From an uncultured delta proteobacterium (GTDB lineage Bacteria; Desulfobacterota; Syntrophobacteria; Syntrophobacterales; Syntrophobacteraceae), in contig CAWEHK010000008.1 in NCBI GenBank assembly GCA_963808625.1, forward strand, positions 160,001 to 224,000: a stretch of DNA of 64,000 bases, given 5' to 3'. Positions 32,621 through 44,520 of the stretch are shown here, one piece after another. Each line of letters starts with the position of its first letter. Position 1 is the stretch's first letter. Both the position numbers and the translations under genes were made by a program. The notes below the pieces were generated by a model that saw only the letters and a list, made by a program, of their open reading frames with translations, ran no database searches and had not been told where the DNA came from.

Positions 32621-33085
32621 TTATTCAGGCTTTCCGGAAACCTTGGCGGTCATAGATTCCACCTCAATCTCGATCACCGCAACGAGATCGAACGACGCTT
32701 CGGGAACATCGAAGGGATCAGGGGAATAGTGTCGGAAAACTATCTCCAGTCCCTTTCTCTTTTCTTCGATACCTTCCACGAAATAAGCCTTACCATAGCC
32801 GATCACGGATTCATATCTCGTACTCCATCTACACGGGCTCGCTCCTTTGATCAACCCGAAATCGGCTTCCAGTTCAAAACAAATCCGATTGTTCTTCCTT
32901 ATCAGATCAATCTTCTTGCCCTCGCACGCGGAGTGAACATAGAATTTCCCGTGACGATATCCAAAATGGACCGGCACCAGGTAGGGGAATGGCTCGTCAA
33001 ACAGCGCAAGCCTTAATATGGAAGCCCTGCCAATGATGCTTTCGATCCGCTCCGGATCATTCTCCTGCTTGTCTTTTCTTCGCAA
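32621..33085 (-). CDS. Pyridoxamine 5'-phosphate oxidase-like / NimA-like flavin-binding protein
   Basis: RRKDK, PYLVPVHFGY, HSACEGKK, YESVIGYG; probable TTG start. Confidence 0.85.
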   Translation of the reverse strand: MRRKDKQENDPERIESIIGRASILRLALFDEPFPYLVPVHFGYRHGKFYVHSACEGKKIDLIRKNNRICFELEADFGLIKGASPCRWSTRYESVIGYGKAYFVEGIEEKRKGLEIVFRHYSPDPFDVPEASFDLVAVIEIEVESMTAKVSGKPE

Positions 33086-33299
33086 TGGCGCAACCCTCCT
33101 TGATGGGGATAAGAAAACCGGCGGGAAACCATCTCCGCCAACCGTGAGCAACCTTTAATGATGATTATAACGGATCATAGTGTATCCGGTTTCCTTAAGG
33201 AATAGGGAATCACGCAGAGGGCCCTCATGGGCCAGGAAAACGACTTCTTTGCGTAGTTAAATGTTTGAACTGCGGTCATCATATCACTGTATTTTTTTC

Positions 33300-33330
33300 T
33301 TGACATACCACGTCTACTCTGCGTAATAAT
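33300..33330 (+). promoter_or_regulatory. Putative sigma70 promoter of duplicated gene copy 1
   Basis: TTGACA then TAATAAT ~18 bp later; equivalent TTGACA...TAGTAAT at 34787-34818. Confidence 0.5.
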
Positions 33331-33583
33331 GCCTCTAAAGGTGCGAATGCTGGTTTTCAACCTATCAACTTTTCTTTTAACCCGACTCTGTGCCGTGACG
33401 AATCGAGTGCTCGATTCCAAGCGCAGGGGAGGATGTTTGTGGCGAGGGTATTCTTTGGTGGTTCGGGTTTTAACGGTCTTGGGAGGTTTGGTAAGGCCAG
33501 CATCGAGATGACGTATGCTGGTAAGCTGATTGTGCAGTATTCGAGGGTTTCTTAAATTTCCTTAAAAAAGCGAGGAGGAAAGA

Positions 33584-34638
33584 ATGCTAAGAAAAGCGAC
33601 ATTTTTTGCATTGGCGGTTGTTTTGGTGCTTGGCATGGTGACCATGGCCTCAGCAGCGCAGAATGTGGCCAACACCAGCCAAAAGGGAAGCTTGTTGATT
33701 TTCCCCAAGATCTGGGTTGACGGGGAAGTTGACACTTACATTACCATCGGCAATGACTACTTCGAAGAAGTATGGGTAAAGTGTTATTGGGTGGATTGGG
33801 ATCAGAACATTGAAGATTTCATGTTTCGGCTGACCCCGAACCAGCCCATTATTTTCAGTGCTTATTTCGGGTCTGACCTGCAGGGCTTCGTCACCGTTCC
33901 GCCATTTCTTGGCGGCCGCGGTGAACTGAAATGCTGGGCGGTCAACGCCGCCGGCGATCAGCAGATTTCCTTCAATCACCTCTATGGAAATGCGATTATC
34001 GCCCAGGAAGATGCCGGCGTAGTCTACAACGCCTGGTCCTTTACGGCTCGTGCGCCCCTCAAAGCCGTCATGGGGACCGGCGGGACGCTTTTACTCACCG
34101 GTGCTGCCGGTGGCTATGATGCTTGTCCCAGCTACCTGGTTACGAACTTCGTCCCGGCGTATGCCCCGGATCCATGGCGGCAGGGCGTAGTTCCGGACCT
34201 GACCCTGGTCCCCTGCAAGCAGGATTTGCGCCAGGATCGGGTTCCAACCTGTACGAAAGCTAAGTTCGATGTCTGGAACGAGAACGAAACCAAGTTCACC
34301 GGCGCTTACGCGTGTCTGAAGTGCTGGGCCGAGTTTTACCTGGATAGATTGGCCCGCCTTGGGGCTTCGGCGGAGACAAATTCACGATGTTCACGCTGAA
34401 GACCTTTGCCGCCCGCTTCCGCGTCCAGAGCGCCAATAACTCCGCGTGTAAGGCTGCCTTCCCGGCATGCGCGTCGATTCCTGGCGTCCTGACTCCCTTT
34501 GTCGGCCTGATGCTGTACGTTGATTACGAAAGCGGGCTGCCTTGGGCCGGGTACGAACCGTTCACAGCCGGCGCTGATGGGACCGGGTTTGTTCTTTGGG
34601 ATGCTCAGTATCTTCCTCAGGAAGCCCCCAGCAAGTAA
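33584..34638 (+). CDS. Secreted Cys-rich hypothetical protein, copy 1 (~350 aa; frameshift near 34347)
   Basis: Signal peptide ending ASA-AQ; SQKGSLLIFPKI; GAGGAGG RBS; continues in 34387-34638. Confidence 0.85.
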
Positions 34639-34659
34639 ACTGTTTCGCCTCTCAAGACC

Positions 34660-34703
34660 AAAAGGGATGGGGAACGAAGGATGCTTTCGTTCCCCATCTT
34701 TTT
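34660..34703 (+). terminator. Rho-independent terminator
   Basis: gatggggaacgaag-gatgc-tttcgttccccatc followed by TTTTT. Confidence 0.85.
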
Positions 34704-35071
34704 GCTGTCCCAACCAGTCGCCAAAATCTCCGGCCCCCCTTCCTCGATCGTTTTGGTTGTTTGATAGCCTCTGGTGACTTTTCCCGTTGACATCCACGCT
34801 TATTTGTGTGTTAGTAATGCCCCAGTATGTCCGAGTGGTGGCTTTCAACTTATCAACCTTTCTTTTGACCCGACTCTGTGCCGTGACGAATCGAGTGCTC
34901 GATTCCAAGCGCAGGGAAGGATGTTTGTGGCGAGGGTGTTCTTGGGTGGTTCGGGTTTTGACGGTCTTGGGAGGTTTGGTAAGGCCGGCATCGAGATGAC
35001 GTATGCTGGTGAGCTGATTGTGCATTATTTGAGGGTTTCTTAGATTTCCTTTAAAAAGTGAGGAGGAAAGC

Positions 35072-36128
35072 ATGGTAAGAAAAGCGACATTTCTTGCATT
35101 GGCGGTTGTTTTGGTGCTTGGCATGGTGACCATGGCCTCAGCAGCGCAGAATGTGGCCAACACCAGCCAGAAGGGAAGCTTGTTGATTTTCCCCAAGATC
35201 TGGGTTGACGGGAGAGTTGACACTTACATTACCATCGGCAATGACTACTTCGAAGAAGTATGGGTAAAGTGTTATTGGGTGGATTGGGACCAGAACATTG
35301 AAGATTTCATGTTTCGGCTGACCCCGAACCAGCCCATTATTTTCAGTGCTTATTTCGGGTCTGACATGCAGGGCTTCGTCACCGTTCCGCCATTTCTTGG
35401 CGGCCGCGGTGAACTGAAATGCTGGGCGGTCAACGCCGCCGGCGATCAGCAGATTTCCTTCAATCACCTCTATGGAAATGCGATTATCGCCCAGGAAGAT
35501 GCCGGCGTAGTCTACAACGCCTGGTCCTTTACGGCTCGTGCGCCCCTCAAAGCCGTCATGGGGACCGGCGGGACGCTTTTACTCACCGGCGCTGCCGGTG
35601 GCTATGATGCTTGTCCCAGCTACCTGGTTACGAACTTCGTCCCGGCGTATGCCCCGGATCCATGGCGCCAGGGCGTAGTTCCGGATCTGACCCTGGTCCC
35701 CTGCAAGCAGGATTTGCGCCAGGATCGGGTTCCAACCTGTACGAAAGCTAAGTTCGATGTCTGGAACGAGAACGAAACCAAGTTCACCGGCGCTTACGCG
35801 TGTCTGAAGTGCTGGGCCGAGGGTTATCTCAGTGAGATTGGCCCGCCTGTATGGCTTCGGCGGAGACAAATTCACGATGTTCACGCTGAAGACCTTTGCC
35901 GCCCGCTTCCGCGTCCAGAGCGCGAACAACTCAGCGTGTAAGGCTTCGATCAAAGCATGCGCGTCGATTCCTGGCGTCCTGACTCCCTTTGTCGGCTTGA
36001 TGCTGTACGTTGATTACTATACCGGGCTGCCTTGGGCCGGTTACGAGCCGTTCACTGCCGGCGCTGATGGGACCGGGTTTGTTCTTTGGGATGCTCAGTA
36101 TCTTCCTCAGGAAGCCCCCAGCAAGTAG
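35072..36128 (+). CDS. Secreted Cys-rich hypothetical protein, copy 2 (frameshift near 35849)
   Basis: Paralog of 33584-34638. Confidence 0.85.
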
Positions 36129-36149
36129 ACTGATTCAACTCTCAAGACC

Positions 36150-36195
36150 AAAAGAGATGGGGAACGAAGGACGCCTTCGTTCCCCAGACCTTTTT
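36150..36195 (+). terminator. Rho-independent terminator
   Basis: tggggaacgaagg-acg-ccttcgttcccca followed by a T tract. Confidence 0.8.
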
Positions 36196-36438
36196 CTACC
36201 CCAATCAGATCTCTGTTTTTTCGTGGCTTCCTGACGATGAACGAATGCCCTTCTCGTTCTTAATGCACCCCCCCCAGGGAGATAACGGCAGACGTCTATA
36301 GAAAGACTTTGGAGCTGATGTTGAGGGCTCTTCCCAGTTTCTTGGCTGCTGCTTTACACGTAATATGGTATCAGGTCAAGATGGACCAAAAAAAAAGCCT
36401 TGTCCGATATGGACCAAGGCTGGATTGCTATCCTGGGC

Positions 36439-36514
36439 TGGTGGAGATGATCGGGATCGAACCGACGACCTCAGCCTTGCGAAGGCTGCGCTCTCCCAAC
36501 TGAGCTACATCCCC
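36439..36514 (-). tRNA. tRNA-Ala(CGC)
   Basis: GGGGATGTAGCTCAGTTGGGAGAGCG...cagcc-TTCGCAA-ggctg...GGTTCGATCCC...TCTCCACCA; 76 nt with encoded CCA. Confidence 0.97.
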
Positions 36515-36598
36515 ACGGGCACGCTTTATAGCGTGTTTTGGACGCGGTGTCAACGCTTCATCAGATTGACACGCGATTGCAAACCGTCGTTCCCCAAA

Positions 36599-36799
36599 TC
36601 AAGAACCGGTGGCCGGTTCACCCTTCGCCTTGCGGTAAAACTCCATCAGGAATTCTGCTTCCTTGGGCGAGAGATCAAAGCGCAAAACGGCGTCTTGAAC
36701 CAGTTTTTGAGGAGAGAAGCCGGGCTTTTCCTCCAAATTTGCCGAAATCCATTTCACAGCCTTGCGTATGGCTTCACCTTCGGGCATGACAGAGCTCAC
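36599..36799 (-). CDS. Small hypothetical protein
   Basis: PEGEAIRKAVKWIS...LRFDLSPKEAEFL; AGGAG RBS before GTG. Confidence 0.65.
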   Translation of the reverse strand: MSSVMPEGEAIRKAVKWISANLEEKPGFSPQKLVQDAVLRFDLSPKEAEFLMEFYRKAKGEPATGS

Positions 36800-36953
36800 A
36801 GGTCGATACTCCTTTCGAACGATTTGCAGTTGGCGCACCAAGATCCAGCATTATCAATTTTTTCAGCCGGCATTGTACATGAACCTGGTAGAATCTCCAA
36901 GGACCTTGTTTGAAACCCGGTCGCACTTGTCAGTTACGATTACCGATGATCTC

Positions 36954-37898
36954 CTATTCCACCTTTGGACGCGGATAAAGCCCGGCACGGTCGACTATTT
37001 CCGGGACCATTTGTTCCCATTCAATGGCCATGATATGAAAGCCACTGACGCCCTTGACCTCTTTCAGTTCCTCGATCTGTTCAATACAGATATTGATGCC
37101 TTCTTCGGCCTGTTTGTCCTTCGGAACTCCGGTGAGGCGCTTGATGATCTCATCAGGAACGTCCATGCCGGGGACCCTGTTCTTCATGTACCGGGCCATA
37201 CCAACGCCTTTCATGGGCGTCAGGCCCGCCAGGATATAGACGCGCTCGTTTAGGCCGCGGTCGACCACGCCCTGCATCCACTGCTTGAATTTGGCCATAT
37301 TGTAAATACACTGGGTCTGGATAAACTGAGCCCCGGCCGCCACTTTTTTGGCAAGGCGCAGGACGCGGATCTCAAACGGGTCGGCAAAGGGATTTTCGGC
37401 AGCACCAATGAACATCTTGGGGCGTTCTTTCATGTCCACGCCGCTGAGGAGTTTGCCTTCATCGCGCATCATTTTGACCGTCTGGATGAGCTGCGTCGAA
37501 TCCAGGTCAAACACGTTGGCCGCAGTCGGGTGGTCGCCGAAGCTTTGATGGTCGCCGGTAAGGCAGAGGATATTGTCAATGCCAAACGAGGCCGCTCCCA
37601 GGATGTCACTCTGCATCCCAATGCGGTTGCGATCGCGCGTGACCATCTGGAGGACCGGTTCCAGCCCCATCTGCTTGATCCGAATACAGGCCGCTAAACT
37701 GCACAGACGCACCACGGCGGTCTGGTTGTCGGTGACATTGATGGCGTCCACATACGAACCAATGATCCCGGCCTTTTCTCCCACGACCTTCCCGTCAGCA
37801 CTTCGGGGAGGACCACACTCGGAGGTCACGGCAAGGTGCCCTGCCTGCAGAATTTTCTGGAGTTTACTCGGGGTATTCGAGGTATTGTTCGTGCTCAT
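36954..37898 (-). CDS. metF: Methylenetetrahydrofolate reductase catalytic subunit (module 1)
   Basis: SECGPP, INVTDNQ, QMVTRDRNR, LCLTGDH, FIQTQ. Confidence 0.92.
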   Translation of the reverse strand: MSTNNTSNTPSKLQKILQAGHLAVTSECGPPRSADGKVVGEKAGIIGSYVDAINVTDNQTAVVRLCSLAACIRIKQMGLEPVLQMVTRDRNRIGMQSDILGAASFGIDNILCLTGDHQSFGDHPTAANVFDLDSTQLIQTVKMMRDEGKLLSGVDMKERPKMFIGAAENPFADPFEIRVLRLAKKVAAGAQFIQTQCIYNMAKFKQWMQGVVDRGLNERVYILAGLTPMKGVGMARYMKNRVPGMDVPDEIIKRLTGVPKDKQAEEGINICIEQIEELKEVKGVSGFHIMAIEWEQMVPEIVDRAGLYPRPKVE

Positions 37899-38564
37899 AT
37901 CTGCGAAACCTCCTTGACGATCTTGCGGGGGCCCCCATCGCGGCTTGTCGACCAGTCTTTGGGGTCGGTCGGGACGCTCGAACCGATCCAGTTGACCAAG
38001 CTCCTTGAGCCGTTCGTAGATCAACTGCCAACCGCACGCAATTTCCTTGTTCACCTCGCACTTGCCATCGGCGGAGCCACCGCAGGGCCCGTTAGCCATG
38101 CGCTTGGAACACCGGGCAATGGGGCAGATACCCCCGGTGGTGGAGAGAATGCACTGGCCGCAGGCGGCACAACGCTCCGCCCACTCGCCCCGCGCTTCGG
38201 TCACGCCGATAAAGCAGGTATCCACCCCGGGGAGGATGATCTTATTTTTATAGGTCTCGGCCAGGAATTGGACGCCGGCCCCGCACGCCAGGGAAACCAC
38301 GGCATCATATTGCGCGATCTTATCGTCGAGCAGTGCCACATAGGGCCGGTCACACTGCCGCGTCAGGCTCAACTCATCCACCGTTATCTCTTTACCGAGC
38401 TGCTTGAAGACCATGCGCAGAGCCGAGGCCAGGATTTGAACTTCCTTCATCCCTCCCGCTTCACAAACGGTCACACAGCCATCACAGCCGGCGATCAGGA
38501 TCTTATTGAAATCCTTCACTTCGTTGATGATTTCTTCGATTGGTTTCGGTTTCGCCATGATCAT
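37895..38564 (-). CDS. metV: MTHFR small FeS/Zn subunit (module 1); apparent fusion to metF comes from a 1-nt shift near 37970
   Basis: GCDGCVTVC, RQCD, LACGAG, CAACGQC...CPIARCSK...GPCGG; the shifted frame gives PKDWSTSRDGGPRKIV* like the paralog. Confidence 0.88.
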
Positions 38565-38998
38565 GCGGCTTTCTCCTTTCCGGCCCCTCCCGATTTGATG
38601 GGGCTGGGTCCTAATTCCCGTATCTTTTCGGTCATCTCTCGAATAATTTCAGCAAACCTCGGACCCATGCCGGCGGAGAGGTTATACATGGCCGCCCGTT
38701 CCGGCTCCATGCCAATGCTCTTCAAGATCTGCTGAACATGCGCCACACGCTTCTTTGCCCTGAGATTGCCACATTGGTAATGACAGTCTCCTTCCAGACA
38801 CCCTGCCACCAGAACCCCATCTGCCCCCAGCTCCAGAGCTTTAAGCAGATGAATTTCGGCGACACGCCCCGTGCAGGGTACTTTTACAATCCGCACGTTA
38901 GGCGGATAATTCAATCTCATGGAACCTGCCAGGTCCGCTGCAGAGTATGCTCAATAGGTGCAGCAAAAGGCGACAATCACCGGTTCAAACTGCTCCAT
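38561..38998 (-). CDS. mvhD: MvhD/FlpD [2Fe-2S] subunit, selenocysteine-containing
   Basis: MEQFEPVIVAFCCTY-UGA(38951-38953)-AYSAADLAGSMRL; VPCTGRV, GCLEGDCHY. Confidence 0.9.
38921..38936 (-). promoter_or_regulatory. Candidate SECIS hairpin
   Basis: GGACCTGGCAGGTTCC hairpin 14 nt after the in-frame UGA; conserved in the paralog. Confidence 0.55.
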
Positions 38999-41900
38999 CA
39001 CATCACTCCTTCCAGTAAGGTCTCAACCTTGATCATGATCTGATCATCCTCGTAGTGGGCCAGTTGAATCGCTCCCGCCGGGCATTCCGAAGCACACACG
39101 CCGCAACCCTGGCAGAGTGCTTCATTGATTTCCGAAACATTTTCCTCGTTGATCCGCGGCACCCCGTAGGGACAGCTCATCACGCACACCAGGCAGGCCG
39201 CGCAGTGAGCGGTATCGACGTGGGCCACCACACCACCAATGGTCTGGTCCGTGGCCGCAAGGAAGGAACCCGCCCGTGAAGCCGCCGCCAGGGCCTGCGA
39301 AATGCTTTCGCTGATCAGTTTTGGTCCATGGGCAAGCCCGCACAGGTAAATGCCCTCGGACGAGAAGTCCACCGGCCTGAGCTTGGCATGCGCCTCGATA
39401 AAGAAACCATCCGCATTGCGCGGGACCTTGAGGAAGGTGGCGAGCTCATGGGTATCGGCAGCGAGCGTTGCGGCGCTGAGAATCACGGCATCGGCCTTCA
39501 TCTTGAGGGGCCGACGGAGGACATGATCCATGAAAGTGACGTGCATCCCCTCGCCGTTGCTGCTTACCTGGGGAGGATCGGCCTGCGGGAAGCGGCAGAA
39601 GAGCACGCCCTTGTTTCGCGCCTCGGTGTAATAATCCTCGAGCAGGCCGTAGGTCCTCATATCCCGATAGAGAACAATGACTTCCATGCTGGGATTCAGT
39701 TCCTTCAGCTCGATCGCGTGCTTGACCGCGCCCTGGCAGCAGATGCGGCTGCAGTTGGGGTTCTCCTCGTTGCGGGAGCCGACACACTGGATCATGAAGA
39801 CGCGTTCCCACGCGGCGACCGCACTCTTCCGGTCACGGATGGCTTCATCCAGTTCCAATTGCGTCATAATCCCGCTGGCAGTGCCGTATTGGAACTCCTG
39901 CGGCTGGTATTCCCGTCCGCCGGTGGCGACGATGGTCACCCCGTGATCGATCTTCCGGCGGTCGCCATTGGGGCCAACCTCCACCTGCGTCACAAAGTTT
40001 CCCTTGTATCCGCTGAAGCCGACCACCCTGGCTTCCGTCAGGACCTGGATCCTGTCATGGTTCCGGACCTCGCTGACGAGCCGGCCCAGATAGTCCTGAA
40101 CATCCAAACCATCAATGGTGTGATTGATGCGACGCGCCACACCCCCGAGGTCCTGCCGCTGTTCCACCAGGACCGTTTCAAAACCCTGCCGGGCAAGGCT
40201 CAGGGCTGCGTTCAGCCCGGCAATGCCACCACCGATCACCAGGCCTCGTTGGGTGATCTCGAGCGGGCGCTCGACCAGTGGCTTCAAGAGGGCCGCCCGA
40301 GCCGCCGCCATCCGTACCAGGTCTTTCGCCTTCTCGGTGGCGTTGACGGGGTCCTTCTGATGCACCCACGAATCCTGATCGCGAATGTTGGCCATCTCGA
40401 AAAGGTACTTGTTAAGCCCGCAGGCCTTGAGGGTATCCTGAAACAGTTGTTCGTGAGTGCGCGGCGAGCAGGCCGCCACGACCACCCGGTTCAGTTTATG
40501 CTCGGCAATGACCTGCCTGATCTTTTCCTGCGTGTCCTGGGAACAGGTGAAGAGGTTGTCCCCGGTATAGACCACATTGGGCAAGGTGGCAGCATAGCCG
40601 GCGACTTCCTTGACATCCACCACCGAGCCGATATTGATGCCGCAGTTGCAGACAAAGACCCCGATGCGCGGGGCGACCTCCGCCAGGTCCAGTTCCGGCG
40701 GCAACTGGCGCACCTGCACCTGAGTGCCCCTGACTTCCGCGAGATCGATCGCCGAGGCGCACGCTGCCGCACTGGCTTCGGTCACCGAGAAGGGAATGTC
40801 CTTCGGGCCCTGGAACAAGCCGCAGGCGTAGACGCCGGGCCGGGAGGTGTTGACCGGCTCAAAGCCCCCGGTGACGGCAAAGTTGTACCGGTCGAGCTCG
40901 ATATCCAATTTCTTCGCCAGCTCTGCCGTGTCCTTCCCTACCTCCATCCCCACCGACAGCACGATCATATCGAACTGCTCTTCCACAATGCTGCCATCTT
41001 CGGTCACGTAGGAAATCGCGAGGCCGCCCTCGGCCCCGGGATCGATGGTATGGATCCGCGAGCGAACGAAGCGAACGCCGTATTCATCCTTGGCGCGATT
41101 GTAATATTTTTCGAAATCCTTGCCGTAGGTCCGCATGTCCATGAAAAAGATGGTCGCATTGAGCGGTTCGGCACTGTGTTCCTTGGCAACAATGGCCTCT
41201 TTCACCGCGTACATGCAGCAGACCCCGGAACAATAGCCATTGTCGCAGTGATTGGTATTTCTCGAACCCACACACTGGAGCCAGGCAATGCTCTTCGGTT
41301 CTTTGCTGTCAAGCGGCCTCATCAGGTGTCCCATGTACGGGCCGGAGGCGCTGAGGATGCGTTCGAACTCGAGGCTGGTCACGACGTTGGGATGTTTGCC
41401 ATAGAGGTAAGTATCCATGGCGGATGGCTCGTAAGTTTTCGCACCCGGCGCCAGGATCACGGAACCCACTTCGATGACGCGGGTAACCGGCTGCTGCTCG
41501 TGAACGACAGCGTTTGCAGGACATGCCGTAACACACTGGTAGCACTCCGAGCAAATCCCGCAGGCCAGGCACCGCGCCGCTTCCGTCAGCACCTGCTCTT
41601 CGCTGAAGCCCTGCTGCACTTCATCGAAGCTTTTCAGGCGCGCTTCGGGATCGAGCCGCGGCATCAGCTCGCGCGGAATCCGGTCGTAGCCCTCCGTGCG
41701 CACCTCTTCGACCGCCGCCAATCCTTTTGGCGGCCTTCTCTGAGGTCCAGACCCTGAATGAGACGGTCGATGGAGATGGCCGCCTGTTTGCCGGCCGCGA
41801 TGGCCTCGATGACGGTTTTCGGCCCGGTTACCGCGTCCCCGCCGGCGAAAATATCCGGATCATCGGTTTGCAAGGTCAGGGGATCCACACGCACCGTCCC

Positions 41901-43439
41901 CCAGTCGCTCAGGGTGCAGGTGCACTCGGGGGTGAGGCAGGCCCAGTCGGACTCCTGGCCGATGGCCGGAATGACGGCATCGACCTCGATGATGAATTCC
42001 GATCCCGCGATGGGCACCGGGCGCCGCCGGCCGCTGGCATCGGGTTCCCCGAGCTCCAGTTCTGATGCATTCAATGGCTTTGACGCGCCCATTTTCCCCG
42101 ATGATGCGGGTGGGAGTGGTGAGGGTCATGATCTCGATGCCTTCCTCGCGGCATTCTTCGATCTCCTCCTCGTTGGCGGGCATCTCCGCGTAGCTGCGGC
42201 GGTAGACGATAAAGGGCCTGGCCGCACCCAGACGCTTGGCGCTGCGCACGGCATCCATGGCGACGTTGCCGCCGCCGGCCACGGCCACCCGGTCCCCGAG
42301 GGCAAGGCGCTCGCCCAGGTTCACCCGGCGCAGGAAATCGGTCCCCGGATAGACCCCTTCGAGGTTCTCTCCCTCGACCCCGAGGATCTTGCATTCGTGC
42401 GCCCCGATGGCGAGGAAGAAGGCCTTGTAGCCCTGTTCGCGCAGCTGGGCGACGGTGACATCCTTGCCGATGTCGACGCCGGTTCTGAATTCCACGCCAA
42501 GATCGCGGATGACCTGGATCTCGGCTTCGATGGTGTCCCGCGGCAGGCGGTAGGACGGAATGCCCACGGTGAGCATGCCGCCAAGCACCGGCAGTTTTTC
42601 GAAGACGGTTACCTGATAACCTTCGATGGCGAGGTAATAGGCGCAGGAAAGCCCCGCCGGTCCGGAACCGATGATCGCCACTTTTTCGTCACGCTTGACT
42701 TTGATCTCGGGAACATAGCGCGTTTCGGAGTTGAGGTCGAGATCGGCCACGAAGCGCTTGATGAAATCGATGGCCACCGGTTCATCCACCTGGCCGCGCG
42801 TGCAGGCCGATTCGCAGGGGTGGTGGCAGACCCGGCCGCAGATCGCCGGCAGGGGGTTCTGCTCCTTGATCAGCTGCAGCGCTTCGCGGTATTTCCCTGG
42901 GCGACCAACGCGACGTAGCCCTGGACGCTGATGTGCGCCGGGCACGTAGCCTTGCACGGACTGGTGCCTTTCTTGTCGATGGCAAAAGTGCCGGGAACCG
43001 CCTGGGGATAACGCTTGTAGGCCGCTTTTCTGACCGAAAGGCCCTCATCGAATTCGTTCTTGAGGTTAATGGGACAGACCGTAGCGCAGTCCCCGCATCC
43101 CGTACACTTGTCGCGGTCGATGAAGCGAGGCTGCTGGATCACCGTCGCTTTGAACCGCCCCACCTGGCCTTCCAGGGCCGCGAGCTCGCTCAAAGTGAGC
43201 AGCTCGATATTCGGGTGGCTGGCGCATTCGACCAGTTTCGGCGAAATGATACACATGGAGCAGTCATTGGTCGGGAACGTCTTGTCAAGTTGCGACATCA
43301 CGCCGCCGATGGCGGAGGACTTTTCCAGAAGGTGGACATAGAAGCCGGAATTGGCAAGGTCCAGTGCGGCCTGGATGCCGGCGACGCCACCCCCGACCAC
43401 CATGACCGAACCAACGGAATTGTTTGGTTTTGTTTCCAT
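38998..43439 (-). CDS. hdrA: Large HdrA-like flavoprotein (HdrL type) with inserted GltD/NfnB-like NAD(P)H module; several frameshifts
   Basis: DKTFPTNDCSMC; insert CPAH...ICGRVCHHPCE, IIGSGPAG, GGGNVAMD, FAGGDAVTGP; then WLQCVGSR, CSPRTHE, ANIRDQ, AHAKLRPVDF, CQGCGVC. Confidence 0.88.
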
Positions 43440-43972
43440 GATTCCTGTACCCCGGAAGGTTAGCAAAAGCGATTGACGGTATGGTTATCCCTTGCTTGTT
43501 CATCAGGGATTGAGGGCTATGGCAAGCCTGGAGCCTGATTCAACAATCAGCAGGGCTACCCCTCTGTGATGGTGTGCACGGCTACAGTCAGCACCATGGC
43601 GGAACTTTCCAAGCAGCATCGGGCGGGAATGGGGAAATCGGTTTACCGAATCGGGATTTCCCACAACATGAGCATCGGGTCTGGATGCGAGCGCAAGAGG
43701 AAGCTTCACGGGGGCCACCAAGACGTGAACTGCCTCACAGAACACCAGGATAAATACGCCATCAGCGGCGATAAGACAATCTTTTTTTTCCGGTAGGGGG
43801 CTCATTGTCCTGCCCACGGCGACTGGAGCTAGTCTTCATCTTCCTTGCTCTTCATTCGTATTCTGCATATTCTACCAATATGGAACCGTCCCTATTGGAT
43901 GGTTCGCTCCTGAGGGATGATAGCAAGGGTTCGCCCAGCCCCAGCTTTTCGAGGTCTTGCTGGAGGGATTTC

Positions 43973-44425
43973 ATGGGGTCACATGACAAATATGGAAAAC
44001 AGGTATTGCGTTTGGCCACGAATGGTGAAGTAGTTCATTCCGGCCAGCCAGTTAAAGTAGATTTCAGTGCAGGTTTGCCTGCCAGAATTGACGGGGCGGT
44101 TGGTGGTAACATTGCCATTGAAGTCGACTCTCGGACATCGAAGCAGGTTCGCGGAGCTCTCCTCGACCTAATCTGCCATCCATATCCCAAAGAACTTCTC
44201 CTGCTTCTGCCGGTTCATATGTCAGACGCTGAAGTTGCGGCAAAACAATCTGATCATATCCTCGCCCAGTTTGTGCCTCGCGAATCCTTCCGCGTGGTTT
44301 TGCTCGGCGGTAGCGGAGGCAACCCAAAATTCGATGAGGACATCTCGAAAGTTTCAGATGCGCTGGCTGAACTCGGATACCTGGACAGATGCAGGGTTTC
44401 GTGTCGATACTGTTCGCCAGCTTGA
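43973..44425 (+). CDS. Hypothetical protein, possible PD-(D/E)xK-like fold
   Basis: GGAGG RBS; ARIDGAVGGNIAIEVDSR resembles D...ExK-type cores but has ExD. Confidence 0.45.
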   Translation: MGSHDKYGKQVLRLATNGEVVHSGQPVKVDFSAGLPARIDGAVGGNIAIEVDSRTSKQVRGALLDLICHPYPKELLLLLPVHMSDAEVAAKQSDHILAQFVPRESFRVVLLGGSGGNPKFDEDISKVSDALAELGYLDRCRVSCRYCSPA

Positions 44426-44520
44426 GGAGGACTCGCGGGTGAGGTTTGTACGCAAGCAGGTTCGACGGCGCGTAACGCCGGGCGACAGCTAATCCTTAAA
44501 CACTCCAAGGGCAATTATCC

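Larger units (their letters stand above)
33300..36195 (+). repeat. Tandem duplication, unit ~1.49 kb (promoter + leader + gene + terminator)
   Basis: Starts 33584 and 35072 are 1488 bp apart; near-identical over most of the unit. Confidence 0.95.

Noticed and set aside
34340..35860. Programmed frameshift shared by both duplicated genes
   Set aside because: The shifts are opposite (one base missing in copy 1, one extra in copy 2), lie at different positions and have no slippery motif; consensus error in the divergent patch is more likely.
33584..36128. Diversity-generating retroelement template/variable repeat pair
   Set aside because: No reverse transcriptase in the window, whole genes are duplicated, and differences are not confined to adenines.
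36439..36514. tRNA-Ala as attachment site of an integrated element
   Set aside because: No integrase and no duplicate of the tRNA 3' end found by eye in the window.
36954..38564. 536-aa natural MetV-MetF fusion
   Set aside because: A 1-nt shift near 37970 restores the MetV ending seen in the paralog and an ATGA overlap with metF; likely an artefact.
43566..43796. 76-aa ORF in the islet
   Set aside because: No recognisable motif or clear RBS; cannot be supported.
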